From the IMG/VR virus record IMGVR_UViG_3300031760_000024, positions 1 to 64,000 of that record: a stretch of 64,000 bases of DNA. The stretch is one strand, 5' to 3'. The notes beneath the pieces are model-generated. The model was not told the DNA's origin. It made no database searches and saw only the letters and a list, made by a program, of their open reading frames with translations. Position 1 is the first letter of the stretch. Every line of letters starts with the position of its first letter. The position numbers were made by a program, and so were the translations under genes. This document shows, in pieces, positions 39,059 through 50,220 of the stretch. The stretch comes from a virus. Its lineage: Duplodnaviria; Caudoviricetes.

Positions 39059-39418
39059 TTAATGCGTAGTGATAGTCAGCACTTTGTTCGATACACTAAA
39101 TGTCGGCATAGCTGCGGCAACACCTTTACCGCTGATAGGAGCCTCGCTTGTTGCGCTATATGTGTGAACAACATCACTTGCAGGTCTAGCGTCTGTAAGT
39201 CTTGTATCATTACCTTTGACTACCTGACTCGAAGATGCATTACCACTTGCCGCCACATCAAGAGCAGAAGCAGTACCAAGAGTCGGCAGTCCTTCCAGGT
39301 CGGCATAGTTACCACTAAACGTATCCAGATTATCAATTGCATCGGCAACCGCTTCTATCTGTGCTACTATGTCCTGACCAGTCTCATCTAATATAACTGG
39401 TTTTGTAATTTGACTCAT
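39059..39418 (-). CDS. short tail-fibre module protein
   Basis: Shares ITKPVILDETG with 39812 and the LGTA..DV..SGNAS..QVV.GND.RLTD module with 41941. Confidence 0.65.
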   Translation of the reverse strand: MSQITKPVILDETGQDIVAQIEAVADAIDNLDTFSGNYADLEGLPTLGTASALDVAASGNASSSQVVKGNDTRLTDARPASDVVHTYSATSEAPISGKGVAAAMPTFSVSNKVLTITTH

Positions 39419-39449
39419 ATTAGATTTCTCCTTTTGTATATAATTAAAA

Positions 39450-39479
39450 AAGGAGTTGACACCGAAGCATCAACTCCTT
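39450..39479. terminator. 10-bp hairpin (terminator for - strand transcription)
   Basis: AAGGAGTTGA/TCAACTCCTT; an A-run on the left gives a U-tract on the - strand. Confidence 0.7.
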
Positions 39480-39520
39480 AAACTACATGTGACACGACGG
39501 GCGAACCGTCGACTAAAAAT

Positions 39521-39601
39521 CGCTTAATATAATTAAGTGAGAGTTATAAGATACTTAATAATGTTAAGCGTATGAATGTTTACACTTAACAAAGTAAAGT
39601 A
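39521..39601. repeat. three 19-bp imperfect palindromes at 31-bp period
   Basis: CGCTTAAT-ATA-ATTAAGTG, TACTTAAT-AAT-GTTAAGCG, CACTTAAC-AAA-GTAAAGTA. Confidence 0.8.
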
Positions 39602-39640
39602 TTTTATCCAATAAAATAATGGTTTTATGGGGTTCATGAA

Positions 39641-39781
39641 TTAACTATGTTCTTTTGCTATTTTCTTAATAGCTTCCATAGTTAGTTGTTTTGTCTGCAA
39701 CATGTTCCTGATTTGCAGCTCTCTGTCTTGTTGTACCATTTTTGGATCGATATATACACGACCAGAATCATCTGATTTCAT
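39641..39781 (-). CDS. 46-aa ORF flanked by 18-bp direct repeats (not in ORF track)
   Basis: RBS AAGGAGG; MKSDDSGRVYIDPKMVQQDRELQIRNMLQTKQLTMEAIKKIAKEHS*. Confidence 0.65.
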   Translation of the reverse strand: MKSDDSGRVYIDPKMVQQDRELQIRNMLQTKQLTMEAIKKIAKEHS

Positions 39782-39811
39782 TGTTCAGTCCTCCTTAATG
39801 GTTTTATGGGG

Positions 39812-41926
39812 TTATTCAGAAACATCGATCTTCCGTTTCACAAGTACATTGATTTCATCACCCGTGTTAAAAGTTTCGACAGATTCACCCTCTGCGATGT
39901 TCTCCGCTGAAAGGGAACATACAACAGGCATCATGTAGAATTTGATCCGATTATCCACATTCGGCGGGAACCACGGACGGATATTTGTGATCTTGTTTCT
40001 GTCCCCATCCATCTGGAAAAGCTGATTCGTTACACGATATTTTTCACCGAACATAATAACTTCATTCGCACGAACAAACCCATTTGTTTTCAGATTCAGA
40101 TTTGTCCCGCCCTTCTTAACGATTGCGAAATTGTTATCCAGATCGACAGCATTCCATGACATTTCTTTGTTATTGATAATAACATTTGTGAAATATGGCG
40201 GATAACAAGCGACCATTGCTCCATGACATTCGTCAAACTGAATATTATCCATGTTGATGACCAGTTTGTTTCTGTGTTCGATTTCGTTGTTTCCCTTCAA
40301 AACATAGTCGATGAAATTGAAACTTTCGATCACTGGTGAACCGTCAACAATAACCGGAATTGTTCCTGTGGTCTGTGTTCCGTCCGACAGATAATGCTTT
40401 ACTTTTTCGGTGAACCTGAATTCATTTCCATATAACGGCGCGGTCATCGTTGTGGGATCAAATTCTTTTCCGTCAACAAAGAACAATGACCATAATGCTA
40501 CACAACACCCGTCACCGGCTCCAACATATCCCGAATGGTCAATGATGTTATGGATGAAATTCGTGTTGCCTTGCATCAGATTGTTTCCGTCTTTGTCCTG
40601 TATATATTCTGCATACCACACATCCGTTGTAACATAATCAACGCCGCCGATTGTCGATTCTGCGTGTACTTTTGTAAATGTATGCGTCAAATATCCACCT
40701 TCGTCCATATAGGAACGCACGGCGAACTTTTTATCAGTTATCTTGTAAACTACTATTTTATGATCTGTGTTGTTGCTTTCCTTAAAACTTGCTAATGCTC
40801 CGTATAATTCGGGATATGAAACATAGATGAAATGGTCACGATTTATTGAAAAGTTTGCGACTACATATTCCGTATTACTTGAAGTGTTCTTATATGTGAC
40901 AAAGCTAACACTTCCGACGCCAGCTTCCAGACAGGAAAGGAAAACACCATTTTTGTCGGTCTTTGTCAATACAGAAACAATCTGATTTCCGTATAGATAC
41001 GCGCTAAAAGTTGCCCCCGGTGGTAAAATTATCGGCTCTGTAATGTGATATGAACTGGATGAAACAACGGTGAGGGAATCTTTTTCAATATATCCTTCTG
41101 TATAGCTCAATTCATCCGTGATTTCTGTCTTTTTCAAAATGACATTATCTTGCACATTATATGCTGACATATCCGCTGTGGCAACGATGGCAGATCCTAA
41201 ATGCTGAACATAAACAATCAATGTCTTGAATCCGGAATAATCATTTATGTCGATTATTTTTTCGGATACTCCATCGTATGACTGAAATTCACTGATAGTC
41301 GTTCCGACTGCAACATCTGCTACGGCTTTCGTTGTGTATGCTATACGAAAACGGTTGTTATTATTTGCTACAATATAAGCCCTTGCCCCGTGAATGTCGC
41401 TGATGTCAAACAGGGCAAGCCTTGAATTTGTATTACTTGTGACAGCAGAACCTGTCATTTCTGCATTGTCAAGATAGACAACTGTCTGTTTATCCCCTAT
41501 GTTTAATGCGGTTTGTTTCACTGCGTCTATATTTGTCTGTAATTTTGTATCACACCCCTGTACCATCGCCGCCGGACTACTATACTCTACCCCATCAAAT
41601 CCTGTTTTGAGCGCTTTTACTTGGCTGTCGATCGCACGTACTGCATCTCCTGCAGTGTTGTATGTATTCCCCGAAGAGTCTACACGAATGTTGGTTAGTT
41701 CGGCATCACCAGTTGTAGAACCCGGTGTAAGTGCCGTGAAACTATCTATCTGACCCTGTAAAGAATCAAGGTTGTTTTTCAGATCGGTCTGGTTGGAGAG
41801 TGTACCTTTAACCTGACCCCACTGTACTTTGTCCATGTTATTGATTGCGGTGGCAACACTACCGAGTGCCTGTGCCACGCTTTTACCAGTGTCGTCTAAC
41901 ATGACTGGTTTCGTTACATTACTCAT
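39812..41926 (-). CDS. tail fibre / receptor-binding protein
   Basis: STTGDAELTNIRV...YNTAGDAVR fibre motif; divergent C-terminal domain. Confidence 0.7.
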   Translation of the reverse strand: MSNVTKPVMLDDTGKSVAQALGSVATAINNMDKVQWGQVKGTLSNQTDLKNNLDSLQGQIDSFTALTPGSTTGDAELTNIRVDSSGNTYNTAGDAVRAIDSQVKALKTGFDGVEYSSPAAMVQGCDTKLQTNIDAVKQTALNIGDKQTVVYLDNAEMTGSAVTSNTNSRLALFDISDIHGARAYIVANNNNRFRIAYTTKAVADVAVGTTISEFQSYDGVSEKIIDINDYSGFKTLIVYVQHLGSAIVATADMSAYNVQDNVILKKTEITDELSYTEGYIEKDSLTVVSSSSYHITEPIILPPGATFSAYLYGNQIVSVLTKTDKNGVFLSCLEAGVGSVSFVTYKNTSSNTEYVVANFSINRDHFIYVSYPELYGALASFKESNNTDHKIVVYKITDKKFAVRSYMDEGGYLTHTFTKVHAESTIGGVDYVTTDVWYAEYIQDKDGNNLMQGNTNFIHNIIDHSGYVGAGDGCCVALWSLFFVDGKEFDPTTMTAPLYGNEFRFTEKVKHYLSDGTQTTGTIPVIVDGSPVIESFNFIDYVLKGNNEIEHRNKLVINMDNIQFDECHGAMVACYPPYFTNVIINNKEMSWNAVDLDNNFAIVKKGGTNLNLKTNGFVRANEVIMFGEKYRVTNQLFQMDGDRNKITNIRPWFPPNVDNRIKFYMMPVVCSLSAENIAEGESVETFNTGDEINVLVKRKIDVSE

Positions 41927-41940
41927 ATTGTGTCACCTCC

Positions 41941-42879
41941 TTATGCAGTATATGTCTGGCAAAGTTTGCCATCGACTACCGAGAAACCAAGAGCGTCAAA
42001 TGCTGCTCTAAGTGTCGGTTCATCAGTTACACGAGTATCATTTCCCATAACTACCTGAGTAGTGGATGCATTACCACTGGCAGGAACGTCCTTCACTGCC
42101 GCAGTACCAAGTCCAATGTTGGTACGAGCGTTAGACTTCTCTGTTGATGTAAGCCCCTGTGAAGCTACGGTTGATACTGCCTTAAAGTTACCTACGTTAC
42201 CAAGACCAACATCTGACTTTGTAACGTTATGCGGATTACCGCTTGTTAATTGTGAATGGTCATATGCGGTCTTACCACGGTCACCACGGTAAGCAGTAGA
42301 AGAGGTCTCACCAAGTGCGAGGCTTTCGCTAATCTCTGCATACCCTGTACCGCTCCAACGGTATGTCTTGTTAGATACGAGGTCAATGTAGATTTTACCA
42401 GTAGCGCCAGTAATCTCTGTGGTATGTGCCGAATCCTCGTAGAATTTGTTGTTATAATAGTACCCCTCGATTACATCATCCACATAAGACGGGAGTTGTG
42501 AACTCGGAACCTTGCCGTTGGAATCCAGTTCGGCAACACCACCGTTTGCGCCCTTTGCAGTAGTAGCAATAGCACCCACTTCGGATGCGGTATAACTCGG
42601 CTTCGTAGATGCCTTTGCCCAAGCAGATACATCGTTTGCCTGACGCGCGTCTGTAAGACGGGAGTCATTACCAAGTACCACTTGTGTAGAGCTAGCGTCA
42701 CCAGTTGATGGGACGTCTTTTGCTGCGGCTGTGCCAAGAGTTGGTTTGTTTTTTATAAAGTCTTTCTTTGTGTTGTCCGATTCATTCCAGTCAGATTGAG
42801 GTATCTGATTGGGGATGTAGTCCTTGATTTTGGAGTCATATCTGGACAACCCTGTATAGTCGAGAAACTCTTTCGACAT
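41941..42879 (-). CDS. tail fibre module protein
   Basis: QSDWNESD, NGGVAELDSNGKVPSSQLPSYVDDV, LGETSSTAYRGDRG, NPHNVTKSDVGLGNV. Confidence 0.75.
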   Translation of the reverse strand: MSKEFLDYTGLSRYDSKIKDYIPNQIPQSDWNESDNTKKDFIKNKPTLGTAAAKDVPSTGDASSTQVVLGNDSRLTDARQANDVSAWAKASTKPSYTASEVGAIATTAKGANGGVAELDSNGKVPSSQLPSYVDDVIEGYYYNNKFYEDSAHTTEITGATGKIYIDLVSNKTYRWSGTGYAEISESLALGETSSTAYRGDRGKTAYDHSQLTSGNPHNVTKSDVGLGNVGNFKAVSTVASQGLTSTEKSNARTNIGLGTAAVKDVPASGNASTTQVVMGNDTRVTDEPTLRAAFDALGFSVVDGKLCQTYTA

Positions 42880-43087
42880 GTTATTGCCTCCTTTCAGTTT
42901 TTGGAGTGTGTATTTACGTTTGTAGATGGTAGTGCATTTATTGTCTTACAAGACCGATTAATCATTTGTGCACGAGGTCTTGTAAAATAACAAATCGCTT
43001 ACCAACCCAACTACCAATAATAGGAGAGGGCGGTGATCAACCAACCCTCTCCTGAATAGTGTTTATGAATAAGTAAATGTTTTTATC

Positions 43088-44488
43088 TTACGAAAACAGC
43101 GCCTCTATGGAAGCCTGTGGAATTTCCGATAAATCTCCCGGTTGCAAAGCTGTGTCGGCTAATGCTCCCTGAGCACTTGTCGCATACGCAGTAGAAGCTG
43201 TATACGCCGCACTACCAAGACCGTGTACAGCAACGTCTGTACCATTAACGGCTACAGTACCGTTCGTAGCACCTTCAGCAACAGTTACATTAACTGCCTT
43301 GTTTACATCCGGTGTAAGAGCAGAGCCATTAACCTTAACAGTCTCAATGGTGTTAACCTGAGCGCCATCAGCAACATTAAGTGCCGTTCTGAGTTCAGAA
43401 GCCGTAATATTATCCTGAAGATCAACGCCAGCAATAGTAGTAGTCTTCTTTACGAATTCTGCCTCATCGCCAACTTCACTCCAAGTAGTACCATCATAAA
43501 TATATTCCTTGGCATTGTCAGACATGACCACAACATCGCCAGCTTCAGGATCAGTAATTACACGAGCAATAGCCTGTGCATCAGTTTCACCAGTCTGACG
43601 AGTAATAACACCGCGGAAGTGCATAGCGCCTTCAAGACCAGCGATTTCAGTAGCTACGAATGCAGATACCTGAGCAGCGGTTACAAGGCTATCGTCAGAA
43701 GACTGCTCTGTAATAGCAGAAGTAGCGACGTCAGCATATGCAGCTGTACCAAGAGAATCCTCAACCGCATCTACCTGCTCATCCACATACCCAATTACGT
43801 CAGTTGCGGAAGAACCCTGAGGAATGGAACCGATGAAGTCAGCGATGGTGTAAGTTCTGTCGAAGCCAGCTGTGGCACCGATAGCATCTTCTACGTCATC
43901 AATGGAAACGCCGCTAGTAGACACCTCATAATCGTCACTGGTATTAATTAACAACACACCAACACCAGTGCCGACATAACTATGTAAATATCCATGTAAG
44001 AACTGACCTTCTGCTGGCACTTCAGGCCCAGGACTAACTGTACCATCATCGTTAGTAACAGCGACATGACCACTGTGCCACTCTTCTCCACCTCTCGGCA
44101 TATAATCATCAGCCGCATCCGCAATAGCTTCGCCAATATAATCAACAACCGTCGTAGACTCAGCACCTTGTGGAATGGAACCTACAAATGCGTTGGTTGC
44201 GAGATCGGAGATAGCCGTACCGCTTTCGGATACCTCACCAGTAGCTGTAGAGGTTACGATCTTACCGCCTGTTGCGGAAGCAATTTTGGACATGAGCGAG
44301 GAGGTATCCGGCATATTCACGGTATAAGCAGCTGTTCCAGTCGCATCAGCCGTACGGTAGAACGATACGGTATTACCAGACACACTAATTGACTTGATAG
44401 AAGAGGCATTTTCCTCGCCAATGTACTGCTTAATTAATCCGTCATAAACCTGAAGCCCGGAAATATCAAGATATTGTTTTGTTGCCAT
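43088..44488 (-). CDS. acidic repeat-rich tail protein (paralog of 44604)
   Basis: Shares N-terminus and GGK...FVGSIP repeats with 44604. Confidence 0.7.
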   Translation of the reverse strand: MATKQYLDISGLQVYDGLIKQYIGEENASSIKSISVSGNTVSFYRTADATGTAAYTVNMPDTSSLMSKIASATGGKIVTSTATGEVSESGTAISDLATNAFVGSIPQGAESTTVVDYIGEAIADAADDYMPRGGEEWHSGHVAVTNDDGTVSPGPEVPAEGQFLHGYLHSYVGTGVGVLLINTSDDYEVSTSGVSIDDVEDAIGATAGFDRTYTIADFIGSIPQGSSATDVIGYVDEQVDAVEDSLGTAAYADVATSAITEQSSDDSLVTAAQVSAFVATEIAGLEGAMHFRGVITRQTGETDAQAIARVITDPEAGDVVVMSDNAKEYIYDGTTWSEVGDEAEFVKKTTTIAGVDLQDNITASELRTALNVADGAQVNTIETVKVNGSALTPDVNKAVNVTVAEGATNGTVAVNGTDVAVHGLGSAAYTASTAYATSAQGALADTALQPGDLSEIPQASIEALFS

Positions 44489-44603
44489 AGTTTATATTTC
44501 TCCTTTCGAAAGAATAAATATTTTCCACATTTTAATCCTATCAAAAATGTGTTTTATTATGTGAATAGTTACTATCTATAATCACGCACATGCGTAACTA
44601 TCA

Positions 44604-46151
44604 TTACGAAGCGCTAAACAGCGCATCAATTTGGGCATTGCTAATACTGCCCGTCATTTCACCTACGTACGCTACAACGTTACTGGATGACGCACCTGAT
44701 GGGATAGTGCCGACATAAGCCTTGGTTGCAAGATCATTAATGGTGTATCCTGTTGCCGCTAGTCCATTATCATCATTACCAACAGCGACTATCCGCCCAA
44801 TTTTGTCACCATCATAGAAATACCCTGTGACTACATTTTCAGCCACGATGTCTGTCTCGGAAACAGTGCCATCCGAATTCGTTACAGCAACTCTATAACC
44901 ATCCCAAGAGTTACCTAATGGCATATAAACGTTACTAAAGCCATCGATTGTATCATTAATTGCATCAATAGCATCAGCAATTGTATTATCTCCGTCAAAT
45001 CCATCAGTAGCAGCTACAGAGTCTACAACACTTTCGTAGAATAAACCATTACCAAATCCAATAGTAGAACCGTCTGGACTTATAATGGGAATATACCCAG
45101 TCGTGTTAGTATCAAACGATATAAAATCTCCGGTGGCATCATCAATTGCCTCGCTAATGTAATCAACTACATTAGTGGACGTAGCACCAGACGGGATACT
45201 TCCAACAAATGTATTAGTTGCAAGATCAGAAATCGCAGTACTGGACTCGGCTACTTCACCACCAGAAGTAGTAGTAGCAATCTTTCCGCCAGTAGCATTG
45301 CTAATAACGTCGATCTTATCATCAAGAGCATCAGCAACCGTATGTTGATCGCTGAAACCATGAAGAGCTGCTACGGCATCTTCAATGGCACCCAGACCAG
45401 TTTCTCCCATATATACAGTACCATCAGAAGAAGTACCTACAATATATCCAGTTAACCAGTTAGTCCCTTTTGGCATTAAATCATCAATAGCATCTGACAA
45501 ACCATCAATGGTACCAGCAATAGTATTGTCTCCATCGAATCCAGTAGTTGCGGCTACCGCATCTTCAAATTCTCCGTATCCAATAGAAGTTGGCGCAATT
45601 CTGTGATTTTCTGCGTCCCAATATAAAACACTGTATCCTGTAATATTAGGATCAATATCAGCCTTATCTTCAATGGCTTCACTAATATAATCTACTACCG
45701 TCGTAGACGATGCTCCCGCTGGGATGCTGCCTACATAAGCATTAGTAGCAAGAGCAGAAATTGCAGTATCAGTTTCAGTAACTCCACCATTGATATTAGA
45801 AATAACAAGCTTTCCTCCGACTGGCTGAATTATTTTGTCCATTCTTGCATTAATGTTTCCCATCAGTGCATCAATGGTATATCCAGTTTCCGATACATCC
45901 CCAGAAGAAGTGGACTCAACTAAATATCCACCATCTGCATATTCAATCTTTGGAATCAGCCCACTGGTATCCGGCAGAGTTATGGTATATGCGACTGTGC
46001 CAGTAGCATCCGTACTACGATAGAAGTTGACCGTATTACCGCTAATCGACATACTACGAATTGACTTTGCATCCTCTGTACCGATGTACTGTGTCATAAG
46101 GTCTTTGAAGGTTGATAAGCCCGTAAGGTCTAAAAATTGTTTTTGTGCCAT
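44604..46151 (-). CDS. acidic repeat-rich tail protein
   Basis: Likely start MAQKQ after GAGGTG; three GSIP-containing repeats. Confidence 0.7.
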   Translation of the reverse strand: MAQKQFLDLTGLSTFKDLMTQYIGTEDAKSIRSMSISGNTVNFYRSTDATGTVAYTITLPDTSGLIPKIEYADGGYLVESTSSGDVSETGYTIDALMGNINARMDKIIQPVGGKLVISNINGGVTETDTAISALATNAYVGSIPAGASSTTVVDYISEAIEDKADIDPNITGYSVLYWDAENHRIAPTSIGYGEFEDAVAATTGFDGDNTIAGTIDGLSDAIDDLMPKGTNWLTGYIVGTSSDGTVYMGETGLGAIEDAVAALHGFSDQHTVADALDDKIDVISNATGGKIATTTSGGEVAESSTAISDLATNTFVGSIPSGATSTNVVDYISEAIDDATGDFISFDTNTTGYIPIISPDGSTIGFGNGLFYESVVDSVAATDGFDGDNTIADAIDAINDTIDGFSNVYMPLGNSWDGYRVAVTNSDGTVSETDIVAENVVTGYFYDGDKIGRIVAVGNDDNGLAATGYTINDLATKAYVGTIPSGASSSNVVAYVGEMTGSISNAQIDALFSAS

Positions 46152-46165
46152 ATCACACCTCCTCA

Positions 46166-47435
46166 CTATGCTTCTTCTTCATCGAAGAGTTCTTCAATGT
46201 CTTCTTCGGGGATCCCACCAATATTAGCCTCAATGTAAAAATTTACGAGGGGTTCGACAACGGGGGCAACTAACTCTTCAATTTCATCTTCGAGCTGTTC
46301 TTTCAGAATCTCAAACTTGTAGTCAATGTACGCTTGATCCGCATAACCCTGTGCCTGAATCCACTCTTTGGTAGCAACTGTCTCACGAGTAACAGAGAGG
46401 TCTTCCTCAACAGTAGCGTCTTCGATAGTATCAGCAGTAATTCGCTTTACTTTCTTCTTACCGTCAATGGTTTGTACTACGCACAGAATGTTTGACATAC
46501 TGTAATACGTAGTCTCATCATCGGCGGTAATCTTATGTTGTCCACTTATCTCATACAATCCATCATCAAGAGATGAAAGAATAATCTGATTTTCATTTGT
46601 ACCAACAAATGTCGGTATACCGATAATCTCTAGCTCATTATTCTTATTGATAAAGCCATACTGACTACGATCCACAATCCAACAGTAAGCGGGATATTTG
46701 ATTCTGCCATCAGCAATAGCTTTAATGGTATTCTCATAATTACCATGTGTAAAAATAGGAGTCAGCAATTTTACAAAACCCCCTTTCTTAAACTTCTATA
46801 AAGTTGCCTTGTTGTGGTTCAGGTTCCGGTTGAACATCATCCAGATCAAAAATACCGTCCTTACTCGAATCCAACTCTTCAAATTGTGTTGGCATCAGAA
46901 TCTCAACGCCCTCACCAATCTTTGTACCATCATGTACCATGTGCAGATTCTCATTCTCACCAATCTCAAGGTCGGTCGGCATCTCTGCTTTCAGTTTAGC
47001 CAGCTCTGCCTTATATGCCTCAATATCCTCGGAGTTAACGAAGTCGTTAAATCCATCAGGCTTATTGATACGGAGAGTAGTAGAGTTAGTCTCCAACTTA
47101 AGAACTTCCGGTTCCTCAGGGTCATCACTGAAATCAATAAATGTAAGACGAAGCGTGATAGCTCCGGCAACACTTGTCAGCTGTGTATCAACTGGCAGTA
47201 CATACCTGAGATAGTTTTTGTACATTTCTTCATCGCATGCCAATACTTCCGAATGAAAGTTCCCATTCGGGTCAACATACTTGAGTACAGCATTGAAATC
47301 TGCAATGTTAGGAATCTCGTCGTATTCAGGCGGTACTAAAAACTGTATTTTGTCCACCAAGGATTCCTTTTGGAAAATAGTTGTACGAACCGTAGTATTC
47401 AGGTTCTTATACTTATCCATTACTATGGTATACAT
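46166..47435 (-). CDS. two tail-associated proteins (46166-46768; 46788-47435, BppU-like)
   Basis: Tail context; the second has DKIQFLVP...VLKYVDPNG. Confidence 0.55.
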
Positions 47436-47507
47436 TCCTGTTTTCTCCTCCTTTCGTTTCTATTCAAAAAGGAGAGAGGAACGTATACCTCTCTCCGTTA
47501 TAATTAT

Positions 47508-48659
47508 TTACTCGCCTTCCTGTGAAAATTCACTATTAGAAGAAGAGCTGTTTGTTGTTGGCTTAGTGTATCGGATGGTTAGATGTCCACTTGTCACATT
47601 CCAACTTGACGTGCCTGTGAATATTAGATTTTGGTTTGAATCTACTTTTATTCTCACAGATGGGTCAGGCAAAGCATACATTGTATTACTCTCCACCATG
47701 TATCCGTTATAATCAATCAGCAAGTTAATACTTGTAGATGATTCGATAGTATGGTCTGACCATGAGCCAACAGAGAATGAACCGAGATCAATAGTCCTTT
47801 CGTATACATCGCTTCCATCAATCCATGTACCGACTCTGCGTTCTGTAATAGAATATGTAGGCGCCATATACGCCGTCACATCATCTATAATAGGAGTATA
47901 TGTTTCTCCCCACAGCAACGCTCCATTTGACGGTGGAACAGTGGCAGCGTTTTGATGGTACTGGATACCACTTAAGCATACCCACTTACCAGTATATGAA
48001 TCAGGACTATCAGAAACCCAACACACATTCGTGCCAGCAGGATATAATACTCCAGTGGGACCTATAAAGCCACTTGTAGTAATAAATGGCTCATTGATGC
48101 GATATGTTGATCCTGCTGGAATAGGGTCTTGTTCTGTTGAAACTGGTAACTGATTAATTGATGTGGATTGCATCCATATCATTCCATGAGAACCATCATA
48201 TTGACCAGCATCAATCCATGCTTTCATTCTATAATAATAATCCTCTGCTGCATCCGAACGTGTTATCATATCATCCCACATAGAAGATTCATCACCGCTC
48301 GGAAGAGTATCATCAGTAACAGCAGCGCCCTCAATAATGATTGTACCTTTAATCGTACTGATGGTAACATCATCTTTATTCAACACAATCTGATAGTTAG
48401 ATTTGCCGGGGTATGCTGTCATCTCTGCCGTTACTATAAACGTAACAGTGCTACCATCGATAGTACACGGCTGATCCACATAATGACCGTCAGGCTTTAA
48501 CATTGTAAAGGTAGCGCTTACACCAGTAAGCTCCATCGGTTCATCATCATCTGTAATAGTAATCTCAACCGTACGACCTACATCATACTGATTTGCAAAC
48601 ACATATTCATAGGAGTGATTATTCATAATATCCAACGAAAGTTTCTGTAAGTTCTCCAA
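47508..48659 (-). CDS. BppU-family baseplate protein
   Basis: ANQYDVGR...MLKPDG...MTAYPG N-terminal domain; C-terminal ERRVGTWIDG. Confidence 0.75.
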   Translation of the reverse strand: MENLQKLSLDIMNNHSYEYVFANQYDVGRTVEITITDDDEPMELTGVSATFTMLKPDGHYVDQPCTIDGSTVTFIVTAEMTAYPGKSNYQIVLNKDDVTISTIKGTIIIEGAAVTDDTLPSGDESSMWDDMITRSDAAEDYYYRMKAWIDAGQYDGSHGMIWMQSTSINQLPVSTEQDPIPAGSTYRINEPFITTSGFIGPTGVLYPAGTNVCWVSDSPDSYTGKWVCLSGIQYHQNAATVPPSNGALLWGETYTPIIDDVTAYMAPTYSITERRVGTWIDGSDVYERTIDLGSFSVGSWSDHTIESSTSINLLIDYNGYMVESNTMYALPDPSVRIKVDSNQNLIFTGTSSWNVTSGHLTIRYTKPTTNSSSSNSEFSQEGE

Positions 48660-48672
48660 TTAATCACCTCCT

Positions 48673-50218
48673 TTATATTGTATAAGGAACCCAAATCTGG
48701 ATTGTGGTTACCTTGTTATGTGTAGAGTCACCGAATGCGGTTTCTATCTTTGAAGATGGGATACCACACAGATAGATTTCACCACGATGCTCCCCATTTG
48801 GATGCATAATACAATTAAGCCCATAAAAATATCCAGCAAACTCCACTATTTCACATCCATAGATTGAAGCACCAGACGGTATCTTGGCAACTGTACGTCC
48901 CTGTGAATCAATATTATCGTCATATACTTTTGCAAAGAATGCCTTGCCATCATTGTTAATTGATAACCCGTTGGAATATGTCTTCTTCAACTTCCAAATA
49001 TATATTGTCGGTTGCTTACCGTTCAGCTGTGTCTGTATATTACCAGTGATTCCGTTGAGTTGATGCAACTCATCAAGTGATATTTGCGAGTCAGTAGTTA
49101 TATCTCCGTTACTATCCGACACCATAACACGCTCATGCACTTCCGCAGTCTTATCGAGTTTGTCGGCCATCTCATCCTCCACATCCAGCAGGTGATTTGC
49201 AAGCGTAGTTTGTGTATCTACATACACGGCATCCGACGTTGTGCGAGGATAGATTTTATTCTTTAACCTATCTCGTAATGCTACTATATATGCCATTCAC
49301 ATCACCTCCTACGAAAGATCCCATGAAAAGGTTTTTGTAAATGAGGCGCCGGACGCAACAACAATCGGTTCATCTAGTTTATGCTTAATAAGCATAACGT
49401 TGGTATATTCGTCGCTGTTTGCATTTTTCCACACCTTTTTTGCAATACAAATCTGTCTGATTGTCTGCTCATAAGGGTTGACGCAAGTTCCACTAATCGT
49501 AACCGTCAACGTCGCTTTTCCATCTTCGGCGCCCGAAGTAAATGTGGTCGTCAGATTGAACGAGTTTGTGATGTTACTTGTTACGCTATAATCAGACGCA
49601 GCGGGATCGCCTTCGTCACTTGTCAAAATAACCGAAACTTCTTTCCACGCGACAAGATTGTTCGCAACTCTTGGATTGTCAGTCAGTGAGCCGTAACAAC
49701 CATACTGCCAGTTCACGCTCGATCCGCTTGTATCTTTCAAGCCAATATCCGCAAACGCAGTTTCATCGCCTATTTTATAGTTATACCGTGGGACATTCCC
49801 GATAAAATTATAATAATTATTTAATATCATTTTTATCTACCTCCTATGCACTTGGCTCAGTTACAGTAATTGTACTAGTGACCAACTCACGATCCGTAAT
49901 TACATACTCGTGAAAATAGTTACCGCCATGTATATTACTCAGGATTTCAGCTATATTAGTTTCAACCCAATTATTTGGTTGCCAAGTACCAGTAGAGCCA
50001 TTTGTATTACATACATATAATTTTTTATTATGTCTTCTTATAAATCCCTTATCACACTCTTCATCGGGATCATATTCAGGAGCAATCATAAACGAGCAAT
50101 CAAACCCTACTTGATCTGCGGCCACTTTCTTTGTCCCGTTTGTCGCGCTATCGATTGCTATATAATCCGAAGACGATGCAGAGGAGGCGGATGTTAAATC
50201 TTTAATTCGTTTGCCCAT
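48673..50218 (-). CDS. three small tail proteins (48673-49296, 49309-49830, 49844-50218)
   Basis: Contiguous - strand ORFs with GGAGG RBS. Confidence 0.6.
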
Positions 50219-50220
50219 TT

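Noticed and set aside
39059-46151. Diversity-generating retroelement TR/VR pair among the tail repeats
   Set aside because: No reverse transcriptase in the window; differences between repeats are not adenine-specific
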